This document shows positions 50,201 to 60,687 of a stretch of DNA of 64,000 nt, piece by piece. The notes beneath the pieces were generated by a model. The model searched no databases, had not been told where the DNA came from, and saw nothing but the letters and a program-made list of their open reading frames with translations. Within the stretch, counting starts at the first letter, position 1; each line of letters begins with the position of its first letter. Both the position numbers and the translations under genes were made by a program. Source of the DNA: an uncultured delta proteobacterium (GTDB lineage: Bacteria; Desulfobacterota; Desulfobacteria; Desulfobacterales; Desulfosalsimonadaceae); assembly GCA_963826785.1 (NCBI GenBank), contig CAWGYD010000004.1:96001-160000 (forward strand), in the 5' to 3' direction.

Positions 50201-53200
50201 AATCCTTGTTCTTATGGATAGTTCCCGTCAATAAGTGCGACCAGGGCAGACTAAGGCAGATCGTAAGTTTCAATCCTTGTTCTTATGGATAGTTCCCGTC
50301 AATGCCGGTTTTGGGCCGACTGAAAAGCCGGTGCATGTGTTTCAATCCTTGTTCTTATGGATAGTTCCCGTCAATATCCAAAGGTGGTTCATCTCTGCCT
50401 CGCAGCCAGGTTTCAATCCTTGTTCTTATGGATAGTTCCCGTCAATATGGCGGCGAAAAAAGAGATAGCGATTCCTGACCAGTTTCAATCCTTGTTCTTA
50501 TGGATAGTTCCCGTCAATGACATGAGGCTTAAGTCATACACCCAATCCCCCGGTTGTTTCAATCCTTGTTCTTATGGATAGTTCCCGTCAATGATTGATG
50601 ACACCAAGGATGCGGACAGCGATACACCAGTTTCAATCCTTGTTCTTATGGATAGTTCCCGTCAATATTATGGCGGAGTGGTAAAATGTCGAATGAATTA
50701 CTGTTTCAATCCTTGTTCTTATGGATAGTTCCCGTCAATCAAGACACAGATTGATTCTGAGTTTGGGCTGAGGAGTTTCAATCCTTGTTCTTATGGATAG
50801 TTCCCGTCAATAATAGTCCAGGCATTGCGGGAACACGGATTATCCAAGTTTCAATCCTTGTTCTTATGGATAGTTCCCGTCAATGACCGGCTTTGGGTGC
50901 GGGAAACCCATGCGGATATGTTTCAATCCTTGTTCTTATGGATAGTTCCCGTCAATCTCGAACAAAGGAGCCCATTCGAGTCCATTAGTTTCAATCCTTG
51001 TTCTTATGGATAGTTCCCGTCAATCGGGCGGGCGCATACCGCTCACGTGCACGCGAGTTTCAATCCTTGTTCTTATGGATAGTTCCCGTCAATGAATTCT
51101 GCCGAGCATTCATGGCTAGTAAAAGTCGGGTTTCAATCCTTGTTCTTATGGATAGTTCCCGTCAATTCGTATTGGCACGTGCACAACCTTCTCAGTGTCA
51201 GTTTCAATCCTTGTTCTTATGGATAGTTCCCGTCAATTCATATGGCCGGTACTAGAATAGCGGCAATTTTAGTTTCAATCCTTGTTCTTATGGATAGTTC
51301 CCGTCAATTAGTGTAGAATTCCGTTCAGCTCCGGTGTTCAGTGTGGTTTCAATCCTTGTTCTTATGGATAGTTCCCGTCAATACGGACAGGTAAGGCCTG
51401 GGAGATCTGGACGACATTTATTGTTTCAATCCTTGTTCTTATGGATAGTTCCCGTCAATATGTCGGTGTTGGCGTAGTCATCGATATCTGGTTTCAATCC
51501 TTGTTCTTATGGATAGTTCCCGTCAATCCAATGTGGGCTATGTATAATGCGGCACCGTTGTTTCAATCCTTGTTCTTATGGATAGTTCCCGTCAATCGCC
51601 CAGGCACATTGATCACCAAGTCGAATACCGTGTTTCAATCCTTGTTCTTATGGATAGTTCCCGTCAATACTTAAGCACCGTCGCAGATGACGGCCTGTAT
51701 CATTGTTTCAATCCTTGTTCTTATGGATAGTTCCCGTCAATCAGGATTTCGGTTTCAATCCTTGTTCTTATGGATAGTTCCCGTCAATCACATTCCACCG
51801 TCTATGAAGCCGAACATTGTGTTTCAATCCTTGTTCTTATGGATAGTTCCCGTCAATGATACCGATTGCGATCTGAGGCGCAATGGGTTTCAATCCTTGT
51901 TCTTATGGATAGTTCCCGTCAATGCGGTTTCAGGACCACCAGCTCTGTTTCAATCCTTGTTCTTATGGATAGTTCCCGTCAATATGCGATGAACGATTGC
52001 CACGTGTTGCCACTCAACAGGTTTCAATCCTTGTTCTTATGGATAGTTCCCGTCAATCACAGACCGTGGAAGTGGCGGCGATCGCAAATCTACTGTTTCA
52101 ATCCTTGTTCTTATGGATAGTTCCCGTCAATAAACTGTCGGGCAACTAAGAATCCGGTATTGGAGTTTCAATCCTTGTTCTTATGGATAGTTCCCGTCAA
52201 TATAGTCACGCGTATGACCCATCACGGTAGTGCGCGACGTTTCAATCCTTGTTCTTATGGATAGTTCCCGTCAATTGGCGCGGTCCGTGAAATTCTATGT
52301 CGCGGCGTACATGAGTTTCAATCCTTGTTCTTATGGATAGTTCCCGTCAATATAATGTTTCAGGATAGTGTTTCAGCTCGATTGTGGTTTCAATCCTTGT
52401 TCTTATGGATAGTTCCCGTCAATCAACCGACTACCTGATATCAGCGGCCGCGTATAAGTTTCAATCCTTGTTCTTATGGATAGTTCCCGTCAATCATGGG
52501 CTTCATGCCGAGATGCCCGCATTGCAGTGACCGTGTTTCAATCCTTGTTCTTATGGATAGTTCCCGTCAATTGACGGAGGCGCCGAATCATTGCGCATAA
52601 TATGATGTTTCAATCCTTGTTCTTATGGATAGTTCCCGTCAATTAAGTTGCCATCTTAGTCTCGTTATCCGAATCAAGTTTCAATCCTTGTTCTTATGGA
52701 TAGTTCCCGTCAATCCAATGTCGCCAGCTCGATCGCACTTGGTTTCAATCCTTGTTCTTATGGATAGTTCCCGTCAATCCTTACCCTGTTTCGAGCAAGC
52801 TCCGTTTCCTGGTTTCAATCCTTGTTCTTATGGATAGTTCCCGTCAATGCCATCGATCGGAGATACCAGTCGGCACTACATCAATGTTTCAATCCTTGTT
52901 CTTATGGATAGTTCCCGTCAATAGCTGGCATCTGGGCTCGCAAATGGATCAACTTCATGGTTTCAATCCTTGTTCTTATGGATAGTTCCCGTCAATGATC
53001 ATCGGACATGGTCGACATGTGACTGGACATCGGGTTTCAATCCTTGTTCTTATGGATAGTTCCCGTCAATTGAATCTGACAGCCGCATCAACAGATCCGC
53101 ATCAACGGTTTCAATCCTTGTTCTTATGGATAGTTCCCGTCAATCGGGCTCGGCATGACTCCAGAGCTATGTCGCTACCATGTTTCAATCCTTGTTCTTA

Positions 53201-53651
53201 TGGATAGTTCCCGTCAATCTGAGAATCACGATGCGACGACTGCTGGAGGCATTCGGTTTCAATCCTTGTTCTTATGGATAGTTCCCGTCAATCCGTAATT
53301 CTGTGCCCATATGCCGTTCATTGGTGTTTCAATCCTTGTTCTTATGGATAGTTCCCGTCAATTCGATCGCGTCTGCCGGATGACATCAGCAGGTCAGTTT
53401 CAATCCTTGTTCTTATGGATAGTTCCCGTCAATCGGTGCGTCGGCAATTCACGGCGTCACCAGCACCGTGTTTCAATCCTTGTTCTTATGGATAGTTCCC
53501 GTCAATTTGATTGCATCGGCATGCAGAACTGTTATGCCATTCGGTTTCAATCCTTGTTCTTATGGATAGTTCCCGTCAATTAGTGAGACTGCCCAGTCAA
53601 TTGACCTCTTATATGTTTCAATCCTTGTTCTTATGGATAGTTCCCGTCAAT
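47258..53651 (-). CRISPR. CRISPR array, about 90 repeats of 37 bp (transcribed ATTGACGGGAACTATCCATAAGAACAAGGATTGAAAC)
   Basis: Manual count of 90 copies including a degenerate one near 47844; spacers mostly 34-39 nt; orientation from the ATTGAAAC end and leader position. Confidence 0.99.
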
Positions 53652-53858
53652 CCTCCTTTCTGGAAATATGATTTTAAATCAAGTAGTTGAAAATATTTTG
53701 ATTCGTTTAGAATCATATCCGTGCTCCAATTTTCATTCAAAAAACCCAACTGAAAGGTACTTCAAAGTGGAAATAAATTTCTGATATTTCAGCTGATAGA
53801 GTTATTTATAGCTATTTTCGGTATATTTTTGCATCCCTAAGAAATAATGAAGAAGGGA
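53652..53858 (-). promoter_or_regulatory. CRISPR leader
   Basis: AT-rich non-coding segment between the cas4 stop and the first repeat. Confidence 0.85.
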
Positions 53859-54464
53859 TCAAATGGATTTTTCACACAGATTACCATAGCAGCAGTCCGC
53901 GCATCTTGCCTTGTACTTGGTCGGCGCCGGATAAATACCTTTTTGTACAACATCCAGCAACTGCCCGATCATTGTTTTAAGCTCATCAAAAATCCTTTCC
54001 GGAATCGGCACTTCCACCAATTTGTTGTTGCTGCGGGTGTAGACGATAAAACCCCGTTTCACAGCTATGCTGAAATTATCCTTGATCAATTGAGCATAGA
54101 AGGCAAGCTGAAACCGGTGATTTTTGAAGGTGCGCTCCTTGTATTCGGCATATTTATAATCGAGCGGGGCCGCGGTGCCGTCATCCAGAAAAAGGATTTC
54201 ATCGATGATCCCGCGGATGCCCATTCCGGAAGCAAGATGGACTGATTTTTCCCGCCGGATGCACCCAATCTTCTTCCTCAGGTAATCCGGGTTGAACCTT
54301 GCTTTGTCTTCGTGAACTGTCCGGCCCTTTGTCACCTTGAAGCGCTTTTCCTGGTGCTCGGGAATTTTCAGGTACAGCTCGAAATATGTAAAGCGCGGGC
54401 AGTAGAGGAACTCCAGCAGGTCGGTTGCGGTAACGCTTATTGCCGTGCTTTGATATTGCTCCAT
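53859..54464 (-). CDS. cas4: CRISPR-associated Cas4
   Basis: YCPR, G..VH, GIID, DYK, QL..Y, C..C.Y...C; start codon uncertain. Confidence 0.93.
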   Translation of the reverse strand: MEQYQSTAISVTATDLLEFLYCPRFTYFELYLKIPEHQEKRFKVTKGRTVHEDKARFNPDYLRKKIGCIRREKSVHLASGMGIRGIIDEILFLDDGTAAPLDYKYAEYKERTFKNHRFQLAFYAQLIKDNFSIAVKRGFIVYTRSNNKLVEVPIPERIFDELKTMIGQLLDVVQKGIYPAPTKYKARCADCCYGNLCEKSI

Positions 54465-54678
54465 ATCCAAATCGGTATCATTATCCATTTTAAAAGATGG
54501 AAGATGCAGTGCTGCTTTCCGCCGGACTACCATTTTCCAGAAGCCCAAGCTGCTCCGAGTATTCGGATGGCCCAGTTCGTAATCGAAAAAGCCGTCCCCC
54601 GGTACGTGCTCATGCTGCTCGAATTCGTACTCCAGCAGGAATTGATGTCATACCGAATTAACCGAGCAATAAAATGTA

Positions 54679-55203
54679 TCATCCATATCGCTTAATTTGC
54701 TCCTTTACTGTAAACCCGATCCCCTTTTTCGCTTTGTTTTCCGGATTCAACAACTGATCGAGCACCTGAAAAACCACCTGGAACCGCTCATCCGTTTGTT
54801 TCCGAAGTCCCTCTATTTCCTTCTTTAATTCCTCACTGACTGAAACCAGATGGCGAATGCGGGTAAAGGTTCGCATGATCTCTATATTGACCCGAATGGC
54901 TCGATCATTGTTGAGAACGCTGGAAAGCATGGCGACGCCCTGTTCTGTAAAGGCAAACGGTTTGTATCTTGCACCTCCCCAACTTGAGGTCACAATTTGT
55001 GACCTCAAGTTGGTAAATTCTTCTTTACTCATTTCAAACATGAAATCAGGGGGGAATCGATCAATATTGCGCCGGACCGCCTGTTTTAGGACCTTTGTCT
55101 CGACTCCGTACAATTCGGCAAGATCTCTGTCTAACATCACCCTAAGGCCACGTATGTGATAAATTTTTGATGCAACCGCGTCCGATGAAATCATATTCGG
55201 CAT
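54679..55203 (-). CDS. ORF6N-domain DNA-binding protein
   Basis: IRGLRVMLDRDLAELYGVET..QAVRRN..RFP.DFMF, FTEQGVAMLSSVL, IGF tail; GGGAGG RBS. Confidence 0.92.
   Translation of the reverse strand: MPNMISSDAVASKIYHIRGLRVMLDRDLAELYGVETKVLKQAVRRNIDRFPPDFMFEMSKEEFTNLRSQIVTSSWGGARYKPFAFTEQGVAMLSSVLNNDRAIRVNIEIMRTFTRIRHLVSVSEELKKEIEGLRKQTDERFQVVFQVLDQLLNPENKAKKGIGFTVKEQIKRYG
54979..55013. repeat. Perfect palindrome inside the ORF6N gene
   Basis: CCAACTTGAGGTCACAA-T-TTGTGACCTCAAGTTGG. Confidence 0.95.
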
Positions 55204-55226
55204 CTCAAACCTCCCAGCATGCTGGA

Positions 55227-55349
55227 TTAAATAAAAAACTTTGCCAGAATCTCTTCGTTTACCAGTTTCTTGTCGAATCCCTGGCCCAAGACCTTGATGC
55301 GCCGGAAATCCTCTTGGCAGAAGGGGAAGAGGTAGACGCTCGAAGACAA
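55227..55349 (-). pseudogene. cas2: cas2 remnant with in-frame 180-bp internal deletion (40 aa)
   Basis: TTG-SSSVYLFPFCQEDFRRIKVLGQGFDKKLVNEEILAKFFI matches the C-terminus of the intact cas2. Confidence 0.88.
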
Positions 55350-55351
55350 AT

Positions 55352-55503
55352 TCAGATCTCCTTGATCTCCAGCCAATCGGGCCGCTTTTAACCGTATTCG
55401 GCCAGAAGTATATTGGCCAGCCGGTGGGCTTCGTGCTGGATGATGTGCCGGCGCTTGATGTTTTTCCGGCGGTACGCATCGATTCGTCGAAGTGTGCGTT
55501 CAT
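55352..55503 (-). pseudogene. cas1: cas1 3' remnant
   Basis: Aligns to about 63201-63353, with a 1-nt deletion and an internal TAA. Confidence 0.88.
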
Positions 55504-56204
55504 GGGTTACTTGTAACTTCAGGTTTCTCGAATGGTTTAATCCATCCGAAGCCATGACTTACTGCATGGCCAATTGCAAATTCATCGGGAAGGATTGCAT
55601 TTGTGGCGAATCTGCCCAGGACGCCGGTCAGTTGTTGTCCTTTATAATTGCAAGTGACAGTCCTTCTTTCCGTAAAAGTGGCATATAGTCTTTCAGGAAA
55701 AATGATATTCAGTCCTTTCAAAGAAGTGAGGATCTGCGCCCGAAGCAGTCTGTCTTCCTCGTATAGCTTGTCCGTAAACTTCATCGGCTTATACTTGGCG
55801 TAATTTTTCTGATTGAACAAAAGAACAGGGGTCGCCAGGCGATAATGTAAAAGCCTTTCCGAAATGCCGAACTCGGCGGATGCGGGCTTCAGGAATATAT
55901 CTGTGGGGCGAACCTCATTGCCGTTTATCGAGATGTTCAGATCAAGCCAGGGGAGTTGAAGGATTTTTTGTGCCGATTCCATCCAGCCGAGAACGAGCCC
56001 GTTGTTATTCCGCCATTGATACTGAACCCTGGGGTATCGATAGATGAAAGCGCCGCTTGGATCATGCTGATGAAATTCGTTATCCGGAAAGGCATTGAGT
56101 ATTCCACCCCGGAGTTGGGCGGCAAGGGTCTGCCTGAATCCTTTAATCGAACTGTCAAAAACAAGTTCCACTACCGTTTTAGGGCGCTTTTCTAAAATGT
56201 GCAT
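55500..56204 (-). CDS. cas6: CRISPR endoribonuclease Cas6 (Cas6b-like)
   Basis: LRG, FHQH, YRYPRVQY, C-terminal IGHAVSHGFG loop. Confidence 0.88.
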   Translation of the reverse strand: MHILEKRPKTVVELVFDSSIKGFRQTLAAQLRGGILNAFPDNEFHQHDPSGAFIYRYPRVQYQWRNNNGLVLGWMESAQKILQLPWLDLNISINGNEVRPTDIFLKPASAEFGISERLLHYRLATPVLLFNQKNYAKYKPMKFTDKLYEEDRLLRAQILTSLKGLNIIFPERLYATFTERRTVTCNYKGQQLTGVLGRFATNAILPDEFAIGHAVSHGFGWIKPFEKPEVTSNP

Positions 56205-58558
56205 GTGGATTCCTTTTCCGGGAGTTTCAAAAATCCGGTTTCTTTTGAGTAATACTCTTCAGAATCAAGAAGTATGACGGGATCGCGTTCCGGATCTTTC
56301 CCGGCATAAACCTGGATAACTCTTTCATAGAACTTGTGCCGGATTTTTCGGAATTGCTTTTTCTTTTCAAGAGCGTCGAGATCACTGTTGCATATCTCCC
56401 GGTATTGTTCCCAGATAGCCTGGTCTGCCGGATTCCGATTTACAAAGCAGGTTACCTGGGGCGGGCCTTCCTCGATAAGTTGGAATTGTTTTTCAAGCTC
56501 GGGAAAATTTCCTTCCAGCCAGTATGTTTCAAGATTGACCTGGTCGATGCGCCCCCAGCAGTTTTCAAAATAAATCCGGCTGAGCCGAAGAAAATCTTTT
56601 TCCTCAAATTCCAGGGTCGTACCGGAGGATATTTCTGAAAGGCCAAGGGCATCGATGGTAGCGTCAATAAGCGGCACATCGTAGATTTTGGACCATAATG
56701 GCGCCTTCAATTCACCGTTTTCATCTTCCTTGTACAGTTTCCAGATGTGCACTTCGCCGGGCGTGCCGCCGTCATGACGATTGGATCGACCGCAGCTCTG
56801 GATGATCGAATCAAGGGGCGCGATTTCCCGATGAACTACAGGAAAGCTGAAATCGACGCCGGCCTCGACCAGTTGGGTGGAAACCACTATGCAGGGAATG
56901 TTGCGTTTCAGATATTTTTGAACAAGTCGGATCCGGGCGCGGCGGTCCCATGGGGTGAGGTTTGTTGACAGCATGATGATCCGGGAATCCGGGAATGCTT
57001 CTTTCAATTTGTCAAATATGTTCTTCACCGATGCCCGGCGATTGAGAATAATCAGGGTGGAACTGAATTCTTCTTTCAAATCCGCAATAATCCGGCCACA
57101 AAATGTGGGAAGACTCAGTTTTTCGGTATGGCAGAAAAGCGACACCCGGGAGAGTTTATGGAAATAGCCCGGATGTTTGGTGAGCAATTCTTTTATATCG
57201 GGATCATCATGTCTGAAAATCAACGGCCGCGTGGCTGTCAGCAAAACGAATGTCATATTCAGGGCAGCCGCGGCCTCACCAAAAATATGGCGGATGGTTT
57301 TCCAGTAACGAAGCGGAACGGCCTGGACTTCGTCCATCAGTACGATGCTGCCGCATAATTGTCCCGCTCGCTTGAGTTCCGAGTTGCTTGCGGAAATCAG
57401 GCTGTGAAGGAACTGGTAAAAGGTCGTGATCACAATTTCACTCTGCCAGCTTTCCGTCAGGAGCGCGCCGGCTTCCTCCGCATCGAATTCGGCTACTTTT
57501 CCCCGGTAAAGTCCCGGCACCAGATGATGATGTTTCAACAGTACGTCTTCACGGTTTCCCAATCCGCAAAGCCTCATGACATCCGCCATGACCTTGTGAT
57601 TCTGGTCGATTACCGAGGTGAACGGGAGACAATAAATGATTCGTGGCGGTCTCTTCCGGTTTTTTGAAATGTTTTTCCGGGCATTCAAAGCGGCGTTGAA
57701 TATAGCCAGGGTCTTGCCCGAACCCGTAGGGGCGGTGAGCGTAAAAAGCCGGTGCTCCGGATTTGTCGCCCATTGATCATTCACTTCACCGGAAATGGCT
57801 TCCCGCAGATGGTCCATATTAGAATCCGGCTGCCCGAATTTCTCCGCTTTGTATCTTCCTACCATATCAGCCGGAATTTCGGGCCGGTTCAGGACATAGC
57901 CGATGGCTGAATCGATTTTATCCGCAGACAGAAGGGCGCCGTATCCCACCAGAAAGCCAAGGACGCCCGGCGTCTTCATTTCCGGAAAACAGCGGCGGAT
58001 CTGTGACATCCGGATCTTGCCGAAACTCTCTTGAATGGCCGCGACTGTGAAGTCCTGGTGGTTTAATACCGGCAGGTCTTTGCTATGAAAATAACGGGAA
58101 AGGCCCGGGGCGACCCATGCGAGTATATTTTCAATATCAAGACTTTGGAGTTGCAGGGGCAGGGTATCGTCGGATTTAATACGCTGGCGGATATTGCCGT
58201 AGGCATTTTCCCAGGAGTCGAATCCCAAGTTTCCATGATGCCGCAAAACGGCAATAAGGATGCTCAGCCTTTTCCACAGGGGCAGATCCAGATATTCGGT
58301 AATCTTCCACCCGATACAGGCGCTGCATTCGGAATGGCTTGTAAACCGGTTCCTTTTTTTCTTCTGAAGCCGGTCAACCTGGAAATAAGGAGTGGATTTG
58401 CCGATATCGTGGAACAGGCCGGATAAAAATGCGATCTGCCTTAAGTCTTCGCCGGCTTCGAAAGCTGCGGCTTCCGCCGATTCGGCGACCCGGAGAAGAT
58501 GCCCGGAAAGCGGATCATTTTCGTGCGCCAGACATTCATAGAAAGGAAACAATTTCAT
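56192..58558 (-). CDS. cas3: Cas3 HD nuclease-helicase
   Basis: HDIGK, HHG, APTGSGKT, DEVQ, TAT, TQLVEAGVD, Q..GR.NR. Confidence 0.97.
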   Translation of the reverse strand: MKLFPFYECLAHENDPLSGHLLRVAESAEAAAFEAGEDLRQIAFLSGLFHDIGKSTPYFQVDRLQKKKRNRFTSHSECSACIGWKITEYLDLPLWKRLSILIAVLRHHGNLGFDSWENAYGNIRQRIKSDDTLPLQLQSLDIENILAWVAPGLSRYFHSKDLPVLNHQDFTVAAIQESFGKIRMSQIRRCFPEMKTPGVLGFLVGYGALLSADKIDSAIGYVLNRPEIPADMVGRYKAEKFGQPDSNMDHLREAISGEVNDQWATNPEHRLFTLTAPTGSGKTLAIFNAALNARKNISKNRKRPPRIIYCLPFTSVIDQNHKVMADVMRLCGLGNREDVLLKHHHLVPGLYRGKVAEFDAEEAGALLTESWQSEIVITTFYQFLHSLISASNSELKRAGQLCGSIVLMDEVQAVPLRYWKTIRHIFGEAAAALNMTFVLLTATRPLIFRHDDPDIKELLTKHPGYFHKLSRVSLFCHTEKLSLPTFCGRIIADLKEEFSSTLIILNRRASVKNIFDKLKEAFPDSRIIMLSTNLTPWDRRARIRLVQKYLKRNIPCIVVSTQLVEAGVDFSFPVVHREIAPLDSIIQSCGRSNRHDGGTPGEVHIWKLYKEDENGELKAPLWSKIYDVPLIDATIDALGLSEISSGTTLEFEEKDFLRLSRIYFENCWGRIDQVNLETYWLEGNFPELEKQFQLIEEGPPQVTCFVNRNPADQAIWEQYREICNSDLDALEKKKQFRKIRHKFYERVIQVYAGKDPERDPVILLDSEEYYSKETGFLKLPEKESTCTF

Positions 58559-59255
58559 CGTCTACCCGGTAAATTTCTGATCCTTTCGAAATTTGACATT
58601 CAATCGGGCCGGCATCCTCGGCCAGGAGGATCTCCTGGTAACGGTGGACAATACGATCGCCGTCCATCACCGCCGGAATCCGGGTCCGGTGATACCGCCG
58701 GTCGGCTTCATATACGGGAGTAACCCCTTCTCTCAGGGAGATCACCGAATCCGTTTTTGCCGTACCCTCGGGCATTATGTGCGCGGCCGCTTCGCCAACC
58801 CAGTTGATATCCGCCAGGCATTGGGCAAGGCCAAGTACCGGTGTGTAAACAGATCGTTGGTCCTCAAGTAGATTCTTCAGCGGGTCATGCATATCGGCCG
58901 GCAATCCGCCGATAAATACCCGGAACGCCGGCTCTTTTAAAAATTCGTAATTGACCTGAATATGGGTATTGGTATGGGCGCGCGGCCGCAGATATTTGTC
59001 GGTGCCGTCCTTGGTGTTGAGAAGATTGATCGCCGCACGGAAGATCCGCACGGGGGCAAGCAGCCGAATGCCGATTTTGATTTTTTCCCAACACAGTTTT
59101 TCATGATATTCCGTTTTCGACAAGCCCAGGACAGCGCCCAGAATTCCCAGCACAGCCGGCGGCGGCGGAAGCGGGAATGTCACCGGGCTCATGGGTGAAT
59201 ATGGTTTTTTGAAATGTCCATATTCTCCGTGGATATCAAAAACCAGGATTTTCAT
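58536..59255 (-). CDS. cas5: Type I-B Cas5
   Basis: GEYGHFKK, PPP.AVLGILGAVLG, YTPVLG. Confidence 0.92.
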   Translation of the reverse strand: MKILVFDIHGEYGHFKKPYSPMSPVTFPLPPPPAVLGILGAVLGLSKTEYHEKLCWEKIKIGIRLLAPVRIFRAAINLLNTKDGTDKYLRPRAHTNTHIQVNYEFLKEPAFRVFIGGLPADMHDPLKNLLEDQRSVYTPVLGLAQCLADINWVGEAAAHIMPEGTAKTDSVISLREGVTPVYEADRRYHRTRIPAVMDGDRIVHRYQEILLAEDAGPIECQISKGSEIYRVDDEIVSFL

Positions 59256-59258
59256 TAT

Positions 59259-60245
59259 TTATATCTCCAGGTTTTCAGCGGCGATATCCCTTGCCTTGAG
59301 CAGGTCGATTGCGGCCGCCTCCCGTTGTACGTCCTTGAGGCGGAGCCTTGAATTCTGGCGGACCCGGACGGAAACCACTTTGTCGTTTTGTTTGAAGGCA
59401 TCGAGCAACTGCGATAGATCAATGCAGAATTGATTCGAATCCCGGATACTTGTTTCTTCTTCAGGCTGATCCGTCATCTTGATCCTGCGATGTAGTGCAC
59501 CGATTTTGTACCCCTTCCGGTTTTCAATCACCATCAGCAGCATGGGATCATGCCCCATTTTCGAATGGGTGTTGAGCTCGGCGGTGCCGCGCCAAAGGGC
59601 ATCCAGCATCTGATTCAGATCTTCTTCGGACATTCCGGTAGTGCGGGCGGCGTTTTCGTTGGCAACCCCATAGACGCCGATAAGGGCGTAGGGGAGAAGC
59701 CACCGTTCGGCAAACGATTTCTGCGATGCCGAAGCCGAGCCGGCGAAAGCGGCGGTCTGCTGCACCATTTGCGGCGAAACGCGATGCAGGCTGCGGTTAA
59801 ACGGCATAAACTGGACCGGACCCGTCACTTTCAGGGAAGCCTCATTTTTGCCCATGGGAAGGGCACACCCGAACAGACGGGCATCAATGCATTTTTTCAT
59901 GATGATGTCCTGAAGTGCATTCAACTTTTCAAGCCCTTTTTTCCCTTTTACGGCTTCATCAATGAAGCTTTCCGCCCGGTCCTTTCCCTGGGATAAAAAA
60001 CCGTCCGGCTTGAAAGTATCTCGGATCAGAATCTCTGTGCCATTGGCGATCCTTTTTTCCACGTCCGGTTCGCTCGCCAGGAAAAAGTCCCGGACCGTCC
60101 GCTTGATCCGGACATCGGTCACCGTCGCTTCGCCGGTTTCCGGGTCCGTGCGGGGCCGGTTTTCATCAAGAGGATCACCATTGGGATTACAGTCCTTGGC
60201 CTCATAAAGAAACAGCATTTCATAACGATTTTCAATTGGACCCAT
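59259..60245 (-). CDS. cas7: Type I-B Cas7/Csh2
   Basis: NPNGDPLDENRPR, TDVRIKRTVRD, DARLFG, TGPVQF. Confidence 0.94.
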   Translation of the reverse strand: MGPIENRYEMLFLYEAKDCNPNGDPLDENRPRTDPETGEATVTDVRIKRTVRDFFLASEPDVEKRIANGTEILIRDTFKPDGFLSQGKDRAESFIDEAVKGKKGLEKLNALQDIIMKKCIDARLFGCALPMGKNEASLKVTGPVQFMPFNRSLHRVSPQMVQQTAAFAGSASASQKSFAERWLLPYALIGVYGVANENAARTTGMSEEDLNQMLDALWRGTAELNTHSKMGHDPMLLMVIENRKGYKIGALHRRIKMTDQPEEETSIRDSNQFCIDLSQLLDAFKQNDKVVSVRVRQNSRLRLKDVQREAAAIDLLKARDIAAENLEI

Positions 60246-60687
60246 TGTCTTCCGCCTCCTCGACATATTCAGAGATTTCTGCCAGTTCCTTGTTGCCGGA
60301 AAGCGCCCTGATCCTGCCTTCCAGGCTGTAGCCGATCGTGAATGCAAAAGTGGCTTCTTCGTTCGTGATTTTCCAGGTTTCCCCGCACCTTACCCATGCC
60401 TGGGCCAGGTCCGGATCCATGGTTTTCGCAACCAGACCCAGGGCCTCATACTGCGCCAGTTTGTCATGACCTTCCCGGTAGAGCCGTTTCAGATGATCCC
60501 GCGGCAGAAGCCGCCCTACAAACTTCTTGGCAAACGGCGTGGTTTTTCGCTTTCCATATTGAACGCTGGTGACAACAGACATGTAGCATCCTGTCAGAAA
60601 AGCAACGACTTTTTCCGGCTGGTCAAAAAATTCCGGGTGCTCAAGGATATACTGCCCATAGGGGCTTGCAGGGACTGCACCTTCCAT
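60232..60687 (-). CDS. cas11: Probable internally initiated Cas11 (151 aa)
   Basis: AAAAGGAG-TTCCC-ATG in frame within cas8b, before the helical domain (FF..AFLTG..Q..PF). Confidence 0.7.
   Translation of the reverse strand: MEGAVPASPYGQYILEHPEFFDQPEKVVAFLTGCYMSVVTSVQYGKRKTTPFAKKFVGRLLPRDHLKRLYREGHDKLAQYEALGLVAKTMDPDLAQAWVRCGETWKITNEEATFAFTIGYSLEGRIRALSGNKELAEISEYVEEAEDNGSN

Noticed and set aside
47240..53583. Many short ORFs containing FQSLFLWIVPVN or VSILVLMDSSRQ
   Set aside because: Translations of the CRISPR repeat
54475..54678. Possible degenerate repeat or creA-like mini-array upstream of cas4
   Set aside because: Only a weak gapped similarity (ATCC..ATGGA) and no second repeat; unsupported without RNA data
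54679..55503. 274-aa ORF as a long ORF6N protein
   Set aside because: The N-terminal part is out-of-frame cas1/cas2 remnant; ORF6N has its own strong RBS before 55203
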